From Balanoglossus misakiensis (lineage: Eukaryota > Animalia > Hemichordata): 64,000 nt of DNA. The position numbers and the translations under genes are program-made. The notes under the pieces were generated by a model that saw only the letters and a list, made by a program, of their open reading frames with translations, made no database searches and was not told the DNA's origin. Below, piece by piece: positions 1-14,100 of the stretch. The stretch lies in NCBI GenBank assembly GCA_040954595.2, contig CM082584.2:6328110-6392109 (forward strand), written 5' to 3'. The stretch's first letter is position 1. Every line of letters starts with the position of its first letter.

Positions 1-119
1 CCATTATGTATTACTGTATTGCAACTTACAACACAACGTTTGGACCAAACAATAGAATTTGAAAACATTGAAAAAGCGTTAAACACAAAACAACTCTTTT
101 GATCGAATAACATACAGAC

Positions 120-480
120 CTTCTATTTCGTATAGTTCACTCTGGTCTCTAAGCAAAGGGTAATATTCAGTCCAATCCATTTGGCATTGTATTGGAAACT
201 CCTTTCGCCTCCTCCCGCTCGTCCGAAACAAGCTCACTTTGACGCTTTTGTGTTCTATCTTGGTCACTCCGTGTTTGATTGCACTCGACTCGATTCTCCT
301 CGTCAACATCTGTTTGAAATCCTTGAATTTGCAACAGTCAATTGTTTGATCGCTCGGCAGGCAGATCATAAAGTTCCACGACTTGAAGGTATTGCTCTCC
401 CCTTGTTTGTGGAGGTTGGCGCGACAGTCTATTACAACTTTTGCGGTTTCTTTTCCATTGCGGTTTGAATCTTCCGCCAT
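120..480 (-). CDS. Probable first coding exon of an unidentified gene continuing off the left edge (MAEDSNRNGKETAKVVIDCRANLH...YEIE)
   Basis: ATG at 480 in a good context (acaacaATGG). The frame is open for 120 codons to a GAAG|GTCTGT donor at 119, in a CpG-rich region. No recognisable homology. Confidence 0.5.
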
Positions 481-910
481 TGTTGTTCCCCAAATGGTTT
501 CACCTTGCCGTCGACCCTTTACGTCCGTGTACGGGGTGAGTTTTAGTACGGCGAAATGAAAGTCGGTCAACCGAGAAGTTTGTCTCTCTCGGCGGGCTCA
601 GATCTTATCAGTACTGAAATATTTCTTCCGGGAGGAGACATCGGTGCACAGAGATTTAAATGACGAGTTTGAAATGCATTGTGATTTCGTAACTCAGCGT
701 ATGTCCTGGTTCGAGGCTCATTTGAAATCAGCGCCTTGAAGTGTTGACCAATGAGATTCGTTGTCTCAGGAGGCATGCGTCAAAACATGCTAAATTTGGA
801 AGGTGTGCTGTTTGGTTGACGGTACTGTAGGTCAACTGGCGTTTATTTGTGGAAAGGGGGAACCATAAGTTGTCATTCTTCGGCCGAACTATCCGGTGAA
901 AGGTGAGCAC
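481..910. promoter_or_regulatory. Candidate bidirectional promoter and non-coding first exon of SSX2IP
   Basis: CpG-rich segment between the minus-strand ATG (480) and a strong plus-strand donor AAG|GTGAGC at 903. The first SSX2IP coding exon is preceded by an acceptor, so an upstream exon must exist. The link between them is inferred. Confidence 0.3.
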
Positions 911-3900
911 GGTTGAATTTGACTGGAATATTTCGTGTTACAAGAGTTAATTTTATTAACAGACAGTATAATAATCAGCAAGGTTCTACTGTCTGTAGTT
1001 TTCTGAAACATACCGTGAATAGCAATAGAGAATCGACATCGAATGTATGTCGACCGGTCGACACTGTGGCCTGTACATACTCACATTTTTATGCGTGCAT
1101 GTTATCTAGCGCTGGGCTACAATGCTAAATCTCGCACCGAGTGCATACCAGCATGTCCAGAATAACATTTTTGAATTGCCGTGTGAAATTATCTATCAGA
1201 TCGGACAACAGAGTCAACGCACTACAACAGTTTGGATGATTGTTGTGTCTGCTTCAGCCTGTTCAGGACACTTCAATGGTTGTCTATGGTGTAGCACGTC
1301 TGACGCAAAACTATTAGGAAAATGTCCATTGCCGCATAATAAGATCAATCACCCGGCCACTCACATAACTGATCTTCTTTTTTATTTAAATGTATGCTGT
1401 CGATATATTTCGAAAACAGTGAGTTGACCACGACCGATCCGAGACGGTTTATTATGGTAACGTTGACTTGCCTTCTTTGACAGATGTCTATCGCAGACAC
1501 AGCACATTTTTTTTGCCTGTCCCAACAAGTCTACTTCACACTCACTGTATTTCGTGGGAAAACAAACCGCATGTATAGTATAACGGGATAATTATTGAAT
1601 TGCGTGGTGTTTTCACGTTATAGTGTTCAATTGATCGTTTTGTTTCTGGTCAGATTAATTACGGAATGATCGTCACGCGTAATCCGTTGAAATTTTCCGC
1701 AAACAGCTGTTGAAAAGGGCAGATTGGATGATTCATTTCAACTTCCGTGCTATGTGTTCCAGCCCAACAGGCAACATTTGCTGGCGAACATCACATGTGA
1801 TACCTGACGTCACCTCATGTGTTCTGTTTCTGGTCACGAAGTGACAATATTGTCCCCACAGTCTTTGGTATTTTTTTCGATTCTTACAGTTTAATTAATC
1901 ATGCAAACATATTATGATGTGGCAGTCATATGCCATATGGGATACAGCGTGTACAATGTAGTTGTTTATTAATTAAAAGGTATCAAAATGTATACTGCAT
2001 TAGTAAGCAGCATATGTTACCATTATGAGGGCGTCATTAATGTACAACATTACTATTTAAAAATTATGTGACTAATAATCAAAGATGACAATATGTTTCC
2101 CATTTTGAAACCCAGCAGGACCGGAAAAAACTGCCAATAGTGAACTTAGAAGGCCAGTTTTATTTGTGCTTCATTTACATCGACATGTAAGAACCAGAGA
2201 AATGGAGTCCACTTGTTGATCGATTATACATTTATCCCCTCTTCAAGTCCAATTTATTGTTTATTCAGAAATACCAACAAACAGTAAATATACAAGAGCC
2301 TGAAGGCCCTCTATAACGTCAGAGGATGAAAATAGCCTCATTGAGATCTGTAGTGATAAAGAATTTGTTGGCACTGTTCGTTTAGTTGGACATTTTCAGA
2401 TTAGCTGCTGATAACCACAGCTAGGGTCTATGGTAAAATCAGTCTGATATCTTTTGGCGGGGAGAACTGCACCCATATTTATTGAATGGCTAAAATTTAG
2501 AAATGGTCCAAAAACATAGTGATACTGATAGTAACTACCAGCCATCAAAGGATTAAAATAACAGCCAAGTCATTTAAAAAACATATGGTCCATAATTGAG
2601 CTGCATTCTCACTTTATCACCGTGAGCATAACAGTTTGATACTGTCCATCAGCCTTATTAAATGTGACTTTATAGAATAAGTTTAGACACAATTGACCTA
2701 ATGAAGCGTGTTATTAATGAGATCATGTCATTGAACCTGCATGGTCCCATGCGTTTGCCCTTGGGAAAGACAAATCTCTGTTGTATTTGGAGGACCACTA
2801 CGTCTTTTAATTGTTAACAGGAAAAGGATGTTGTTAAAGTTTCAGGGCTTTTGCTTTGCGATATATAATATAAAAAAAGATGAGAAAATAACGTATATGA
2901 AGTACCTGTAACTGGAATATTGAGGAACACACTGAGAATATCTCCTCAGACGCAGGACCTTAGGGCTGGCTTGTTTAGACTTCTCTCTGTGAAATTTGCA
3001 TGATTGAAGAAGTGAAATAACAACTACTGTCTCTCTCTGTGATTGAACCTTTGTGACCCTTGAATTGTGTTTGATTAAACTGTGATTGACCCCTGGCGAC
3101 CTGAGGTCTGTATTGTGTGGGTGACCTGTGCAGTGGTATATCTCAAGGATGTCTTTTCTGTGTGCTTAGAAAGAAGAAAACAAAACTACATGAAGCTGGA
3201 ATTGGCGTGTCAATCTGTCAAGAATGTTGCATGTATCACATCACACACAGCTTGTTGTGTTCTGTCAGACCTTCGTTAAATCAAAGCTCAGGTGAATATT
3301 GATTGATTTGTGCCAGTCTGCAAGGAGAGCGATGTCAATTGCAAATACTGATATAACTTGAGTTGAGCAGAATGAAATAAACACTGTAACATCAGGTATC
3401 GTACCAACATTTTTTCTTCAACAGCTGACTTGATAAAAGTGTCTGGACATCTACTAAATCCTGGAATATTGGGAATGTTGTCGTTTTTGGAGATGTTGGC
3501 ACTTGTGCAGTGAATATTCTCCGGGAAACAGCTATACTTTTTAATAGACCACTCAGGGCACTTTCTGAACAAACAGGGTGTATGCGTACACACCTGATAA
3601 AAGGTAACTGTTGTTTGCGTGTTCCACTGTGAATGTCCGGCCATTGTTTGGGGAGTCGTGACATGAGAGAGATAGATGTGCTGAATGGCACAGGGGACAA
3701 AAAAACAATGTAGCTGTGTCCAGTAAATGGGTGAGAGGTCTCAGAAGTGGGGGTGTCAGCCTTGTTGCAGACAAAGAAATGCTACTGAAGATGGAATGGG
3801 TCGATTGCTTGCGTTCACAATGATAGTGCAGATCAGATTCAGATGACAAAGGTGTGAGAAAACTGTCCCCGATCGTGGACGGTGTAACACCCAGGCTTCC

Positions 3901-6900
3901 ATGTAGGATTTTTTTTTTTGTCTTCTTAAATCCAGGTTGAAAGAATGTTTTGTTGGCGAAATGTTCTTTGTGAGTGGTGCTTGGTCTGCCGTCGAGTAGA
4001 TCTGTGGTTTCTTGAGTATCTACTGTCACTTTGCAATCATCAATATAGAGTTGGCTGTTTGAAGATTGTAGTTATGTTGGATGAATGGTGGGGGGGGGGG
4101 GGCGAGTTGGTGAATGACTATGGAGCTATATCACACTCGCAGAAAATAGTTTGAAAGCCTGTGCAAACACTGATGTTAAAGATGCCAGACCAGCTAACAA
4201 ACTGTAAACAAAGTGCTATAAATCAATTTCATTGACCTGGTCTCTCTATATTTACCTAATTTTTGCACGTAACACTGTTGAAATGGTGTCGATAGGGGTT
4301 TATTAGGAGATTTGATCAGCAAAGAATTACATACTTCAGTGCCAACACCTTCAGTGTGTTAACATCATCTGTATATAGGAAACCAGGCAGGCAAGTCTGT
4401 ATAAAACTTGCAAGCAAGGATACGAAACTGTAATTTTGATAACATATTTCAAGTCATTTGTATAGATAATACAGACAGTATTGTGTTGATGTAGGTGCTA
4501 AATTTCAGCTTAATTATAGTTGTGTTCTTCAAGAAAAGGTGTGTTTATCCTGAAAGTGGGTTCTGGGTGTGTCCTTCATTCAGTTTACTTAAAGCAGTCA
4601 TTAGCAGTGGCCCTAAAGCTGTTCACAAAAGCAACATTACTTGGTGGGACCCTAACTTCTTTGAATGTATTCATAGGTGTGTGAGTCACAAACAGAACCA
4701 GTACGTGGAAATATTTCAGCTCTGTGGTGGGCTGTGCTCCTGTGACTGGGATGGGATGAGATTTGCATCATCCACCGCACGTTTCTTGCGAGATATGTCC
4801 GATCCAATCAGTGCACCCAGTTTGATCATCCCTCGTGAAGTTGTCTAAAAATATACACACTTCGCCGGCCGATAAAGCACACACCTATTGTCTTTGTAGT
4901 CGATACCACAGAAACAAAGCTATATTTATGTCTAACTGTCTGACAGACTCAAAGCATACGATTGTCAATTGGTGGAGCCACATTGTCAATTGATGAGCGA
5001 CAACATTGTGAAGAAAAGAATTGATTTCATGAATGCCTGTACTGGCTACAGTACACTGCACCAGTATAGCCAATGAAAGTGTTCTGATGTATTCTGGCTG
5101 TTAAAACAGTAATGGCCAAGTGCTGTGAAAAAGAACAATAATAACATTGGTGTTTTTGACAGAGAAAAGATACAAGATGCCCCATCTACTAAATTTAATG
5201 CTCTGGAAAGTCCCAATGTCCCATTGAGCAACTCAGTAACCAGTGCAGTGTAAGAAGGTCACCTTGGTTTCTTTTCCAAACAACGTAGGCAGCCATTGAC
5301 TGGCCTCTTGTTGGAGAGAACACAGAAATATATTGTTGTCTGGAATGACTGCTTTCTCCAAAGTTAAATAGGCATACTCCTGTATAGTCATGTGGCAGAA
5401 ATGTTATTAGTACATGTAAGTTTCAAGAATGCATACTAGACTGTTTTCAGATTGTTTTGTTTTTGCAGCAGTAAACCATTCAAAAGGTTGGCTTGACCTT
5501 TGTCGTGACATGAGTGACTCTTAAGTTTGTGTGACTGTCCTCACAATCAACAGTGCTTTCGTACATTTGTAAACTACTCCGGAGAATTTGTCAGACTGAT
5601 GTGAGCCTCACATGAAACCTTTCCATTCTTGTAGGTGAGGTTGGTTTCCAAAGACTTTGCAATGACTGCGTGATATATTATTTGTTGTTTCCCAGTTTTA
5701 ATATCGTGACATGTTGAAGGATTTATTTGTGTGGTAAACTCTCCGTAATCAACTCTTCCCCCAATGTTGCAAGGTAAATACTGAATGATCCCAGAATTAA
5801 GTGGGTTACGAAAACAATGAGTGACGCATTGCATACCTTGGTGTGCGACCTACTTTGAAATTGAGGTAGGCCCCAGTACATGTACCTGCCAACATACATG
5901 TACTGACAATCAGGTGAAGATATTCTTATGGTTCTTTCAGATATTCTACATGTACCTGTGTGATAAACCCATCAGCATGAGATCCTAGGAAGCAAGTCTT
6001 ATTCAATCATGACCGTTCCATTTTATTTCCGCAATAGCTCTGAATGTTTACCAATTTCATCATGCTATATAGGAAATGCAACATTTCTTCTGTTTCGCTG
6101 AACAATTAAAAATTCTCAAAATTTACAACTACTGTCTGTGAAGGTTCTTCCAGAACCGGACACAGGATGTACCACCTTCCATCGTGATTTGGTTGTTGTT
6201 GTAACAACCTGGCCATTTTAAGTAATTTGTATTCACTAAGCGTTGACAAAGCGTTACCGTAGTTCCTGCCACAGACAAAAGGCAACTTCTGTAGAAGTCT
6301 ACTGAACTGTCCCTACCACGCACTCGCAAGTCACTATAAAGTATAGGTCTAGTGTTGGGATGGAAACATGATGTCATCGTCACACAGTGTGTGGGCAGTG
6401 TGTATTACGTTGCCACGGAAATGGGTTCACCTGATGGTGACATCACCTTGTCTCACTTCAATTAGTCCATTTCATATCTCATCATAATCTACTTTTAATA
6501 TGATATGCATCAGAAAGATATTTAGCTTTCAGATATTCACACTTTCCTGTCTAACCATGCCAGACTGCGTAATCTATTTTCAGATCGCTGTAAACAGCAC
6601 AGCCACATTTGCATAAAAGCAACAAACGTTTTGACTATTTCTGTGTCCTCACCGGATATACAGCTGGCAAAAACAGAAATAAACATTCATTCATCAGAAT
6701 GGTAATAACACTGTACAGTCAGTCGGCCTGATGTCTCTCTCACTGCAGATAGTGTGGCCTAGTGGGAATTGTCGGCACCTGTTCAGGTCAGACAGTCATT
6801 GAACTCGCAGATGAAGGAAGATACATACAGTCTGTGCATTCCTGCCATCATTAGATGCCATTTAGCTTGTTTGTCTTTTCCTGGAAAGTGACACAAATAT

Positions 6901-8139
6901 TTTACCCCAAAAACAAGATCAGTACATGTTTCATGTGGGTTATAGTTTGTGCTTTCTGAGGGTATACCAGTACATGTGGGTCTTTCTTTCATTTTCAAGT
7001 CATGTGTATTGTTTTGGCTCATGTGTTAACACTAATCCTTTTACAGTTGGTTAAGCCAGACAAGTCAATAATTCAGTCGAAAGTCTAAGTACATGTAAAC
7101 ACGCTCGCATCATTAATTCATTGACCAGTGTTGGGTCATGGAATACATGTACAATCATTGTCTATGGTACAATGGACGTGTGTATGTTATATATCACTGA
7201 CAAAACTGTATTTAAAAAAAGAAGAAACATACATGATGTAGAGCAGTAACATTTTTAGCTTCAAATTAATGAGTCCTTCATGCAGGGTTTACATGTACAT
7301 GTAATTGAATGGAAAAATGAGGGTATGGTATAAATCTTTGGATAATTACAAGCAACAGAAGATGTTGTAGTTTTATCGAGCTTTTTCATGAAAAAAAAAA
7401 AACTGCTCATAAAGGAAAGAGAAGATGTTGGTTTCACAGGAAGTGAATTACTGTAATGTGTGTTGTGGACTGAAACGATCTTCTATTCCATTTCCAAATG
7501 AAGCCAAAACAATGAAATTCTGCTTGATTATCATGGTCTGGACAAACATGGAAGAATCATATTTATTAATGCATGGGAATGGAATGTGACATTGTGTAAA
7601 TGCTCATACCATGCTGATTAGTTGCATAATTGTCTCTTCTGTTGGTAGATCAAAAACACTATAGACAGGTACTGGTACATGTACATTGTATACCTGGCTA
7701 AAGATTTCAGTTTCAGCATAAGACATTCACATGTACACAATGTATCCAGAGGTCTTCGGAAAGTGAACATTACATGAAAGCTACACAACTTGTCTGATTA
7801 TTCATCAGCTAGACATGAGACCGGTAGCCTGGTTCACTGGCCTTGAACAAAGGAAAGCCACTCAGGCCTAACACCTTTGGGGAGGAATACCTGTGTTGAA
7901 ACGGCAGTAGGTGTGGATGAAATTACAACCTAAATTCAATGGCGGGACTGTGCAGCACATTTGAATGGATACATTTACTACGAAATGCCTCCGAGAATTA
8001 AAGCCCATTGTGTTGAAATACTGTGCGGGGAGGTAAACTAATTTAGGCCTTTGTGTGGAGTACATGTATGTGTACACGGCCTGGTGTAATTTGTTTTGTA
8101 TAGACTGTGCTCTGTCCTTAACTTGAAAGTGAAGTTTCT

Positions 8140-8193
8140 CATCATCACCACCACCATCATCATCATCATCATCGTCATCAACATCATCATCAT
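8140..8193. repeat. (ATC/ACC)n trinucleotide microsatellite
   Basis: catcatcaccaccaccatcatcatcatcatc... seen directly. Confidence 0.85.
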
Positions 8194-10839
8194 GTTTTGT
8201 TTTGTTTTGGAAGACCTTGTATTAAACCATGTATAACCAGTGCAATAGCAAGCTTTCATTGAATAGGGCTCGTGCATCTTGGATGTGAATTAAAAAATAG
8301 TTACTAATAATTGTGCCTTTTGTGAGAAACTGATAAAACAGAAACTGTGTTTGCATTGAATCTAAAACTGAAGTGAATAAATTAATACTAGCTGACATTT
8401 CAGTCGGTGCTCACCAATCAATATGACCAGTCTATAGTCCATGTTTATGTCAATTATATTTGCAGGAACATGTACACTGTACTATGTAAGTCAACACAGA
8501 AGTACTGTACATGTACGTAACAACATAGGTATTCAGTTTTATACACGCTGCGTCATGAAAAACATTGATGTCAAATCTCTGTCTATTGTATATGTAGCAT
8601 ACAGCCATTCTTGTTTTTATAAAACTTCATTTTTAATTTCACACATCTTGTATTGTACCTGAAGAATTACCTATTTTCCATCCAAATAGGGGTGTAAGTG
8701 GTAAGGCTGATATAAATTTGGAAGTAGAAAATTTAGTATTATTTTTTATGTTGGGGCAAAATGATAGACAATTTATGTTGGTAGTTTTTATGTAAGGATG
8801 GAATCTCAGAAATGTAGCCCAGTCCATGCTCAATATGATGAATGAATGTGATCTCGGGTCCCAGATTGGAATGTGGACTTCCTGCCCGGAATAGCCGATT
8901 GCAGTTGAATTATTCCAGCCTTGAATTGTCCCCTTATAGACACGCGTCCGTGCGCACAATTTAATGTGAGCTATTATCGTAAAATATCGCAACAATGCAA
9001 GTAAATTGGAATTAAATTTTTTGTTTGACCTCGTCGAGGGTTGCCCACACATATGATGGTTTATGAAATGTGGGGGAATCGCGAAGACGAAATTCCGTAA
9101 TTGCTTGGATATGACGCTATGGCACCCTGCATGTATGGTGCGTTTTTATTTAGAAATTGGTGTCTCATAGAGCCGTATTCATTACATAGTACATATGCAG
9201 GCAGTTTAGTCATGGGGGTTTAAAATCATGATTTATCGCTGTTGTCTTTGCATAAAGGGCCAGGCTGATACTTGATGCCCTAGTAAAATTCAGTGCTCGC
9301 CGTTGTTGCTTGATTTCCGAGTTTGTTGAAGATGTGCAACGTTTTGTTGTGGTGTAAATTGCAAGACTGCTATGTATAACCAGTAAGTATTGTAAGAATT
9401 AGATCACCATGATATGTTCAATGCCTGTTTCTTATGAAATTCATTGTTACTTTGTAAATGTATTGTGAAATGGGTACCGTACAGAGCCAACATAGACTAT
9501 CCCGTCGTCGATCTGCAATTACAGGGAATATTAATTTTGCTTCCATAATGCTAACCATGCATGATATACTATATTCTGTTCTTTTCTAATTCATGTATGA
9601 TTTATTAAATTTCATTTATGATAGTCTAAAACCCTGAATACAATGTAAAGTTACTCCATTGTGAAACTCTTTTATTGAAAAATAGCTTATTTTTAAGGGC
9701 TTTTGCATCATCAATCTTCAGTTCCATCTGCATGATAATTCACGTTTTCATGACAATAAAATCTGTAGTACTTCCTGCAGTGTTTGCTCTTTGTACAAAT
9801 ATCATTTCTGCCTTCAATCAGTCATTTGACTGTGACACCATCCAAATTCTCAGTTACTGATCAATGTCAAAAAATGTGTTTTGATTGGAGTGATTATGTT
9901 ATCAAGCCTCACTCCACTTAAATTGCACTTCAGTGAACTCAAATATCAATTTTTTTTTCTTCACCGGTATTGACGAAGTACACATCCGTCATTGCATACC
10001 CCGTGCGAGACAATGTCAATTTCATATCAGCTGTTGAATCTTCATATCTAATTGAAATCGGTTTGCTTTTGCCACATAAAGGAGAAAACAGCTATTGTAA
10101 ATGTATAGACAATTACACATCATTGGCCTTGATAGCATTGTTGTATGGCTTCATTGTTAAATGCGTGTCAAGATTTGCCATCAAGTTGGTAATGCAATAT
10201 TTTAAGTAGAAGTTAAATATAAATACGGTAATTTGATCTTTTGAAATCTGAACAAAATCGTTGAGTAGGGAACCTACATAGATTTCTATTATGGGTGCTT
10301 CAGTGAATATTATAGAGCTCATAAAATATTCAATCGTGATATGTTCAGTGGGGTAATAATATACAAGGTAATACATGTAATGTAAATACAGGTGAACACA
10401 TTTCGTGTGTTTTTAATCCATTTTGTAATCACTGAGAGTTTCTCTGCGACAGATGTTTCCGTAGAATTTATGGTTGCTGACATCTGTAGAGATATAATTA
10501 CAGAAAGAGAGGCAGTAAATAACATGGCCACTTCAGTGGAGAGGGTTGGGATTCCCTGGAAATCCCAGTCATTCATAATCTGCTATATTGTAAGGTCACA
10601 GCAGGCTGTGCTGGCACCAGCAATTATAGAGGAAGATATATTTCGCAGTTTGTGATGTCATGACATCCATGTCTTGATGTGTGGTGTTTTCTTGCCGTCC
10701 AGCTGTAGATATTTCGCCCGGCACACACACACACGTAGCAAGTTTCTGATGTGCGTTCGAAGTACTTCACGTGGTTCGCTTTATCGTAACGTTATCAAAC
10801 CAGGAAGTCTGATCAAAAACAAAAACAAAGCGAACAAAA

Positions 10840-11035
10840 TACTGTAAAACACTTTATTTTTGCGAGTTAAATTTTCGCGCTATCGAGAGAGGCCACTGGT
10901 TCGCGAGTATTAATTTTCGCGTTCTCTTATTTCATTCACTGCATCGTTATCTTCAAAAAAATTTACGTGACTTTTTATTTTAACGTTATTTATTTCACGT
11001 AATTTATTGCTCGCGAAAATAGTATTTTGACAGTA
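10840..11035. mobile_element. TA-flanked MITE, CTGTAAAA...TTTTACAG family (Tc1/mariner-type target), copy 1
   Basis: TA|CTGTAAAAC ... TTTTGACAG|TA with internal TTTTCGCG/CGCGAAAA motifs. Related to copies at 19433, 48018 and 62362. Confidence 0.7.
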
Positions 11036-11113
11036 CATGTACTTGTACTATTATTCTCAGTTGCAGGGAGTATGAACAGAAGAAGCAAGAGCTGATGTGC
11101 GGCCCACGACGAG

Positions 11114-14100
11114 ATGGCGGACTGGACCCGAGCAAGTAGTTTCACAGGGCGCACCACCGACACGATGACGACGGCCAACCGACTCAGCAATGGCTTCCCT
11201 ATGCAATACATCCTGCCCTCGGAGAAGTCTCCAAGCATGCTGGGCACCGAGCGGCCGGGGCTGCAGTTCACGCCGTCGCCCCAGCACCACCCCCCACCGC
11301 TGAAAATTGTACCGGAAAAGTTATTTCATCCGGTGTTCTGTACGCGGAATAACGTCGACCAGTGTATAGCATTTCTTGATCAGGTATGGTAAATTTTACC
11401 TTCTGGATATTTTATCGGCAGTCTTAGAAATAATAATTAAATAAGACTCCCACTGATTACATCAGAATTTCAAATAAAAGATGCCTAATTTAATAACATT
11501 TCTGCAGAGTAGTCCAACGGATATTAAATATGTAACAATTTACGTTTCTATGATTGATGCAAGGGTGTTATGACCTATCAAAATCAGATATTTGAAAAAG
11601 CCAATCAGGAAATTCTATATCCTATTTCTGTATGTGCGGTGCTCAACTTTACATGGGGCTGTACTGTAGAACTCGGTTTACAATCCAAATTTCTGCATGA
11701 TTAATATAAACGTCGTAGACTATATATTTGGTGTAACAAGTTAATTAGTCTGTACTGTAAAATTCCAATTTTACAATTAATATGTTTCTTTGTCACATTT
11801 GTTACAAATATGGTTGAGAAAAGTTTTGACAATGACGGTGAACATGTGACCCTGCTGGCCGCTCATGATGGGTGGAGGTTTGTGTCAAAGGTCATGTCAG
11901 AGGTCATGACAAAAGGTTATTAAAGGTCCCATGTTATACATGTACATAGCAAATTTGATGATTGTCTTGAAGTTTATTCATAGAGGTATCCTAGCAATTA
12001 CATACTTGTGCGTATGGTATGCAGGCCCCACTTGTAGGTGGTAGTGTTTTACAGATAATTACTATCTGAGAAATGTGTCTGTTGAGAATGGTACGTGTAC
12101 CGATTATCCACAGTCAGTGGCTACTCTGCCTCTCTCAAAGGAGTAGCTGTTTTATATAAGTCACAGAGATACATCTGGGGCTGAGACCAATCAGTGAATT
12201 ACAAAATCTGCATAGGATAGCCAGAGAAGAAAATTCTTGAACTGTGTCCACGTCAGCCTGCACCTTATTCAAAGCTACAATTTTGATTTAATTAATTATT
12301 TAATAAAATTAAAACAGTTGTGAAGGTGTTGGAACCTTGAAATTATTAAGTGTCATTATTCACTATTCAGTTTAAAAAAAACATAGATTTTTAATATGAT
12401 GCACAAGGCAACATATTCAATGAATATCTCAGTTATACCAGTACATCTTTCACATGGTATTGCCATCTACAAGTTATCGTTAAGAAATTCAGAAGTCAGA
12501 AACATGGACTTTAAGTTCCAATTATTTGAAAATATAGATATTTATTAATGTTTTTTTCTAATTGTTTTGATAGGAATTAAGTGTGCTTGGCTTCCCACCG
12601 TTGTATACTTCATCGCAGAGTGACAGGGGACCAGCTGATACTTTTGATATTGTAAGGCTGATCAACTCTACATTTGAGTTGCTACAGAAACACCAGAAGA
12701 GTATGAGGCTACAGGAAGAGCTGGAAGTCAGGTGAGTGGGGATAACATGAAAATGTGCACACACATGCACGCACACACACACACACATGCATACACACAC
12801 ACACATGCATGCACACTCATACACACCCTTTCAGATCAGGGATACATTTTCTAAGTCTGATTTCTAGTGCAGTAAAACCTGAGTGTCTAAACTGAGCACC
12901 AAAGGGACTGAAGAAATTGTTCGGTTTGCAGAGGTGTTCGGTTTATATAGCTTCCTTTAACATATATCAAAGGTGTTCAGTATAGACAGGTTTTAAAGTA
13001 TGTACTTGTAGTAGGTTCACTTGTCTTTTCGCAGCACGTTCATGACACAACCATGCAGAATGTTGCATAAGTGGTAGTCAGTGAAAAAAATCACAATGAA
13101 TATTTGGTAATTAAAATATTTTTCAGACATGTCAACACACTGGTAAATTCAAAGCGTCATAAAAAAAGAGTTAAAGATTGTTGATAGTACCAGAACAATG
13201 GTTAATCTTATAAAAGAGACATCAAAGGTTATGCCTGGTGGAGGCTACTGTATAAACTCTGCCCCACAATCTGTGTTTGCAGAAATTCCTGCAAGGCCAT
13301 AGGGTTATCTACACAATCCTAACTGTTGAAAAAGATCCAATTTTAGAATGTGTCACCACACTGCGAAGATAAACCCTCCCAGCTCAGACTGAATAGTTGT
13401 ATTAAGGCCATGTTATATAATGGCTGATTTCGCACCAAAACATTGCTTTTGTCGACCAGACTTCAAATCTTGTTGAGGCCTTTTCAGCTGCCCAGAACAA
13501 TGTCAACAGTGCAGATTAAATACAGACCTCGCACTCAATAGTCCCTGTAATTGAATTTTGTGGCTGTGATATGATTATTCCAGTGTTTACACCGTGTTGT
13601 CAGTAACTATGACAACAATAGTGTTGTTAGTAACCATGACAACAATAACCAGTATCACCTTGATAATGGCGATGGTCAAAAATTTGATATCTGCCTTATT
13701 AATTATCACTTTTATTTTTCAAATTTATCTAGGTGGCAAAGTGTGAAATATTTATGTCGTCCGCATAGTCTTCTGTGAGGCACTTGAAACATTTTAAAAA
13801 CTGAACTGCCTGTGAGGTTTTTCCATTGTTTGAAAACCTGGAGATATCATGTAATTGGTATGAATAATATATTTGCCAGACTGGGTTGGGTCAAATCATT
13901 TGTTGCCATTTTATGTCATTTCAACTTCCTCCTATCCTCTTAGCTTTAGAGTAATCACCCGTAATGATGGGAATCAAAATAGAAAAGATCATTGCGCTAA
14001 TCCGACTTTATTTTTTGTTGTACTTAATACCTCTCAAAAGGCACTTGTCTTTCAAGCGTGTAATACATCTGTCGCCTCAAAAAATTCCAGGGGGAAATGA

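Noticed and set aside
3082-4154. Cluster of 60-158 aa ORFs
   Set aside because: No homology, coherent splice pattern or codon bias; lies in the presumed long 5' intron of SSX2IP.
12870-12995. Tigger/pogo-like MITE remnant (CAGTAAAACCT ... AGGTTTT)
   Set aside because: The right terminus and TSD are too degraded to delimit confidently.
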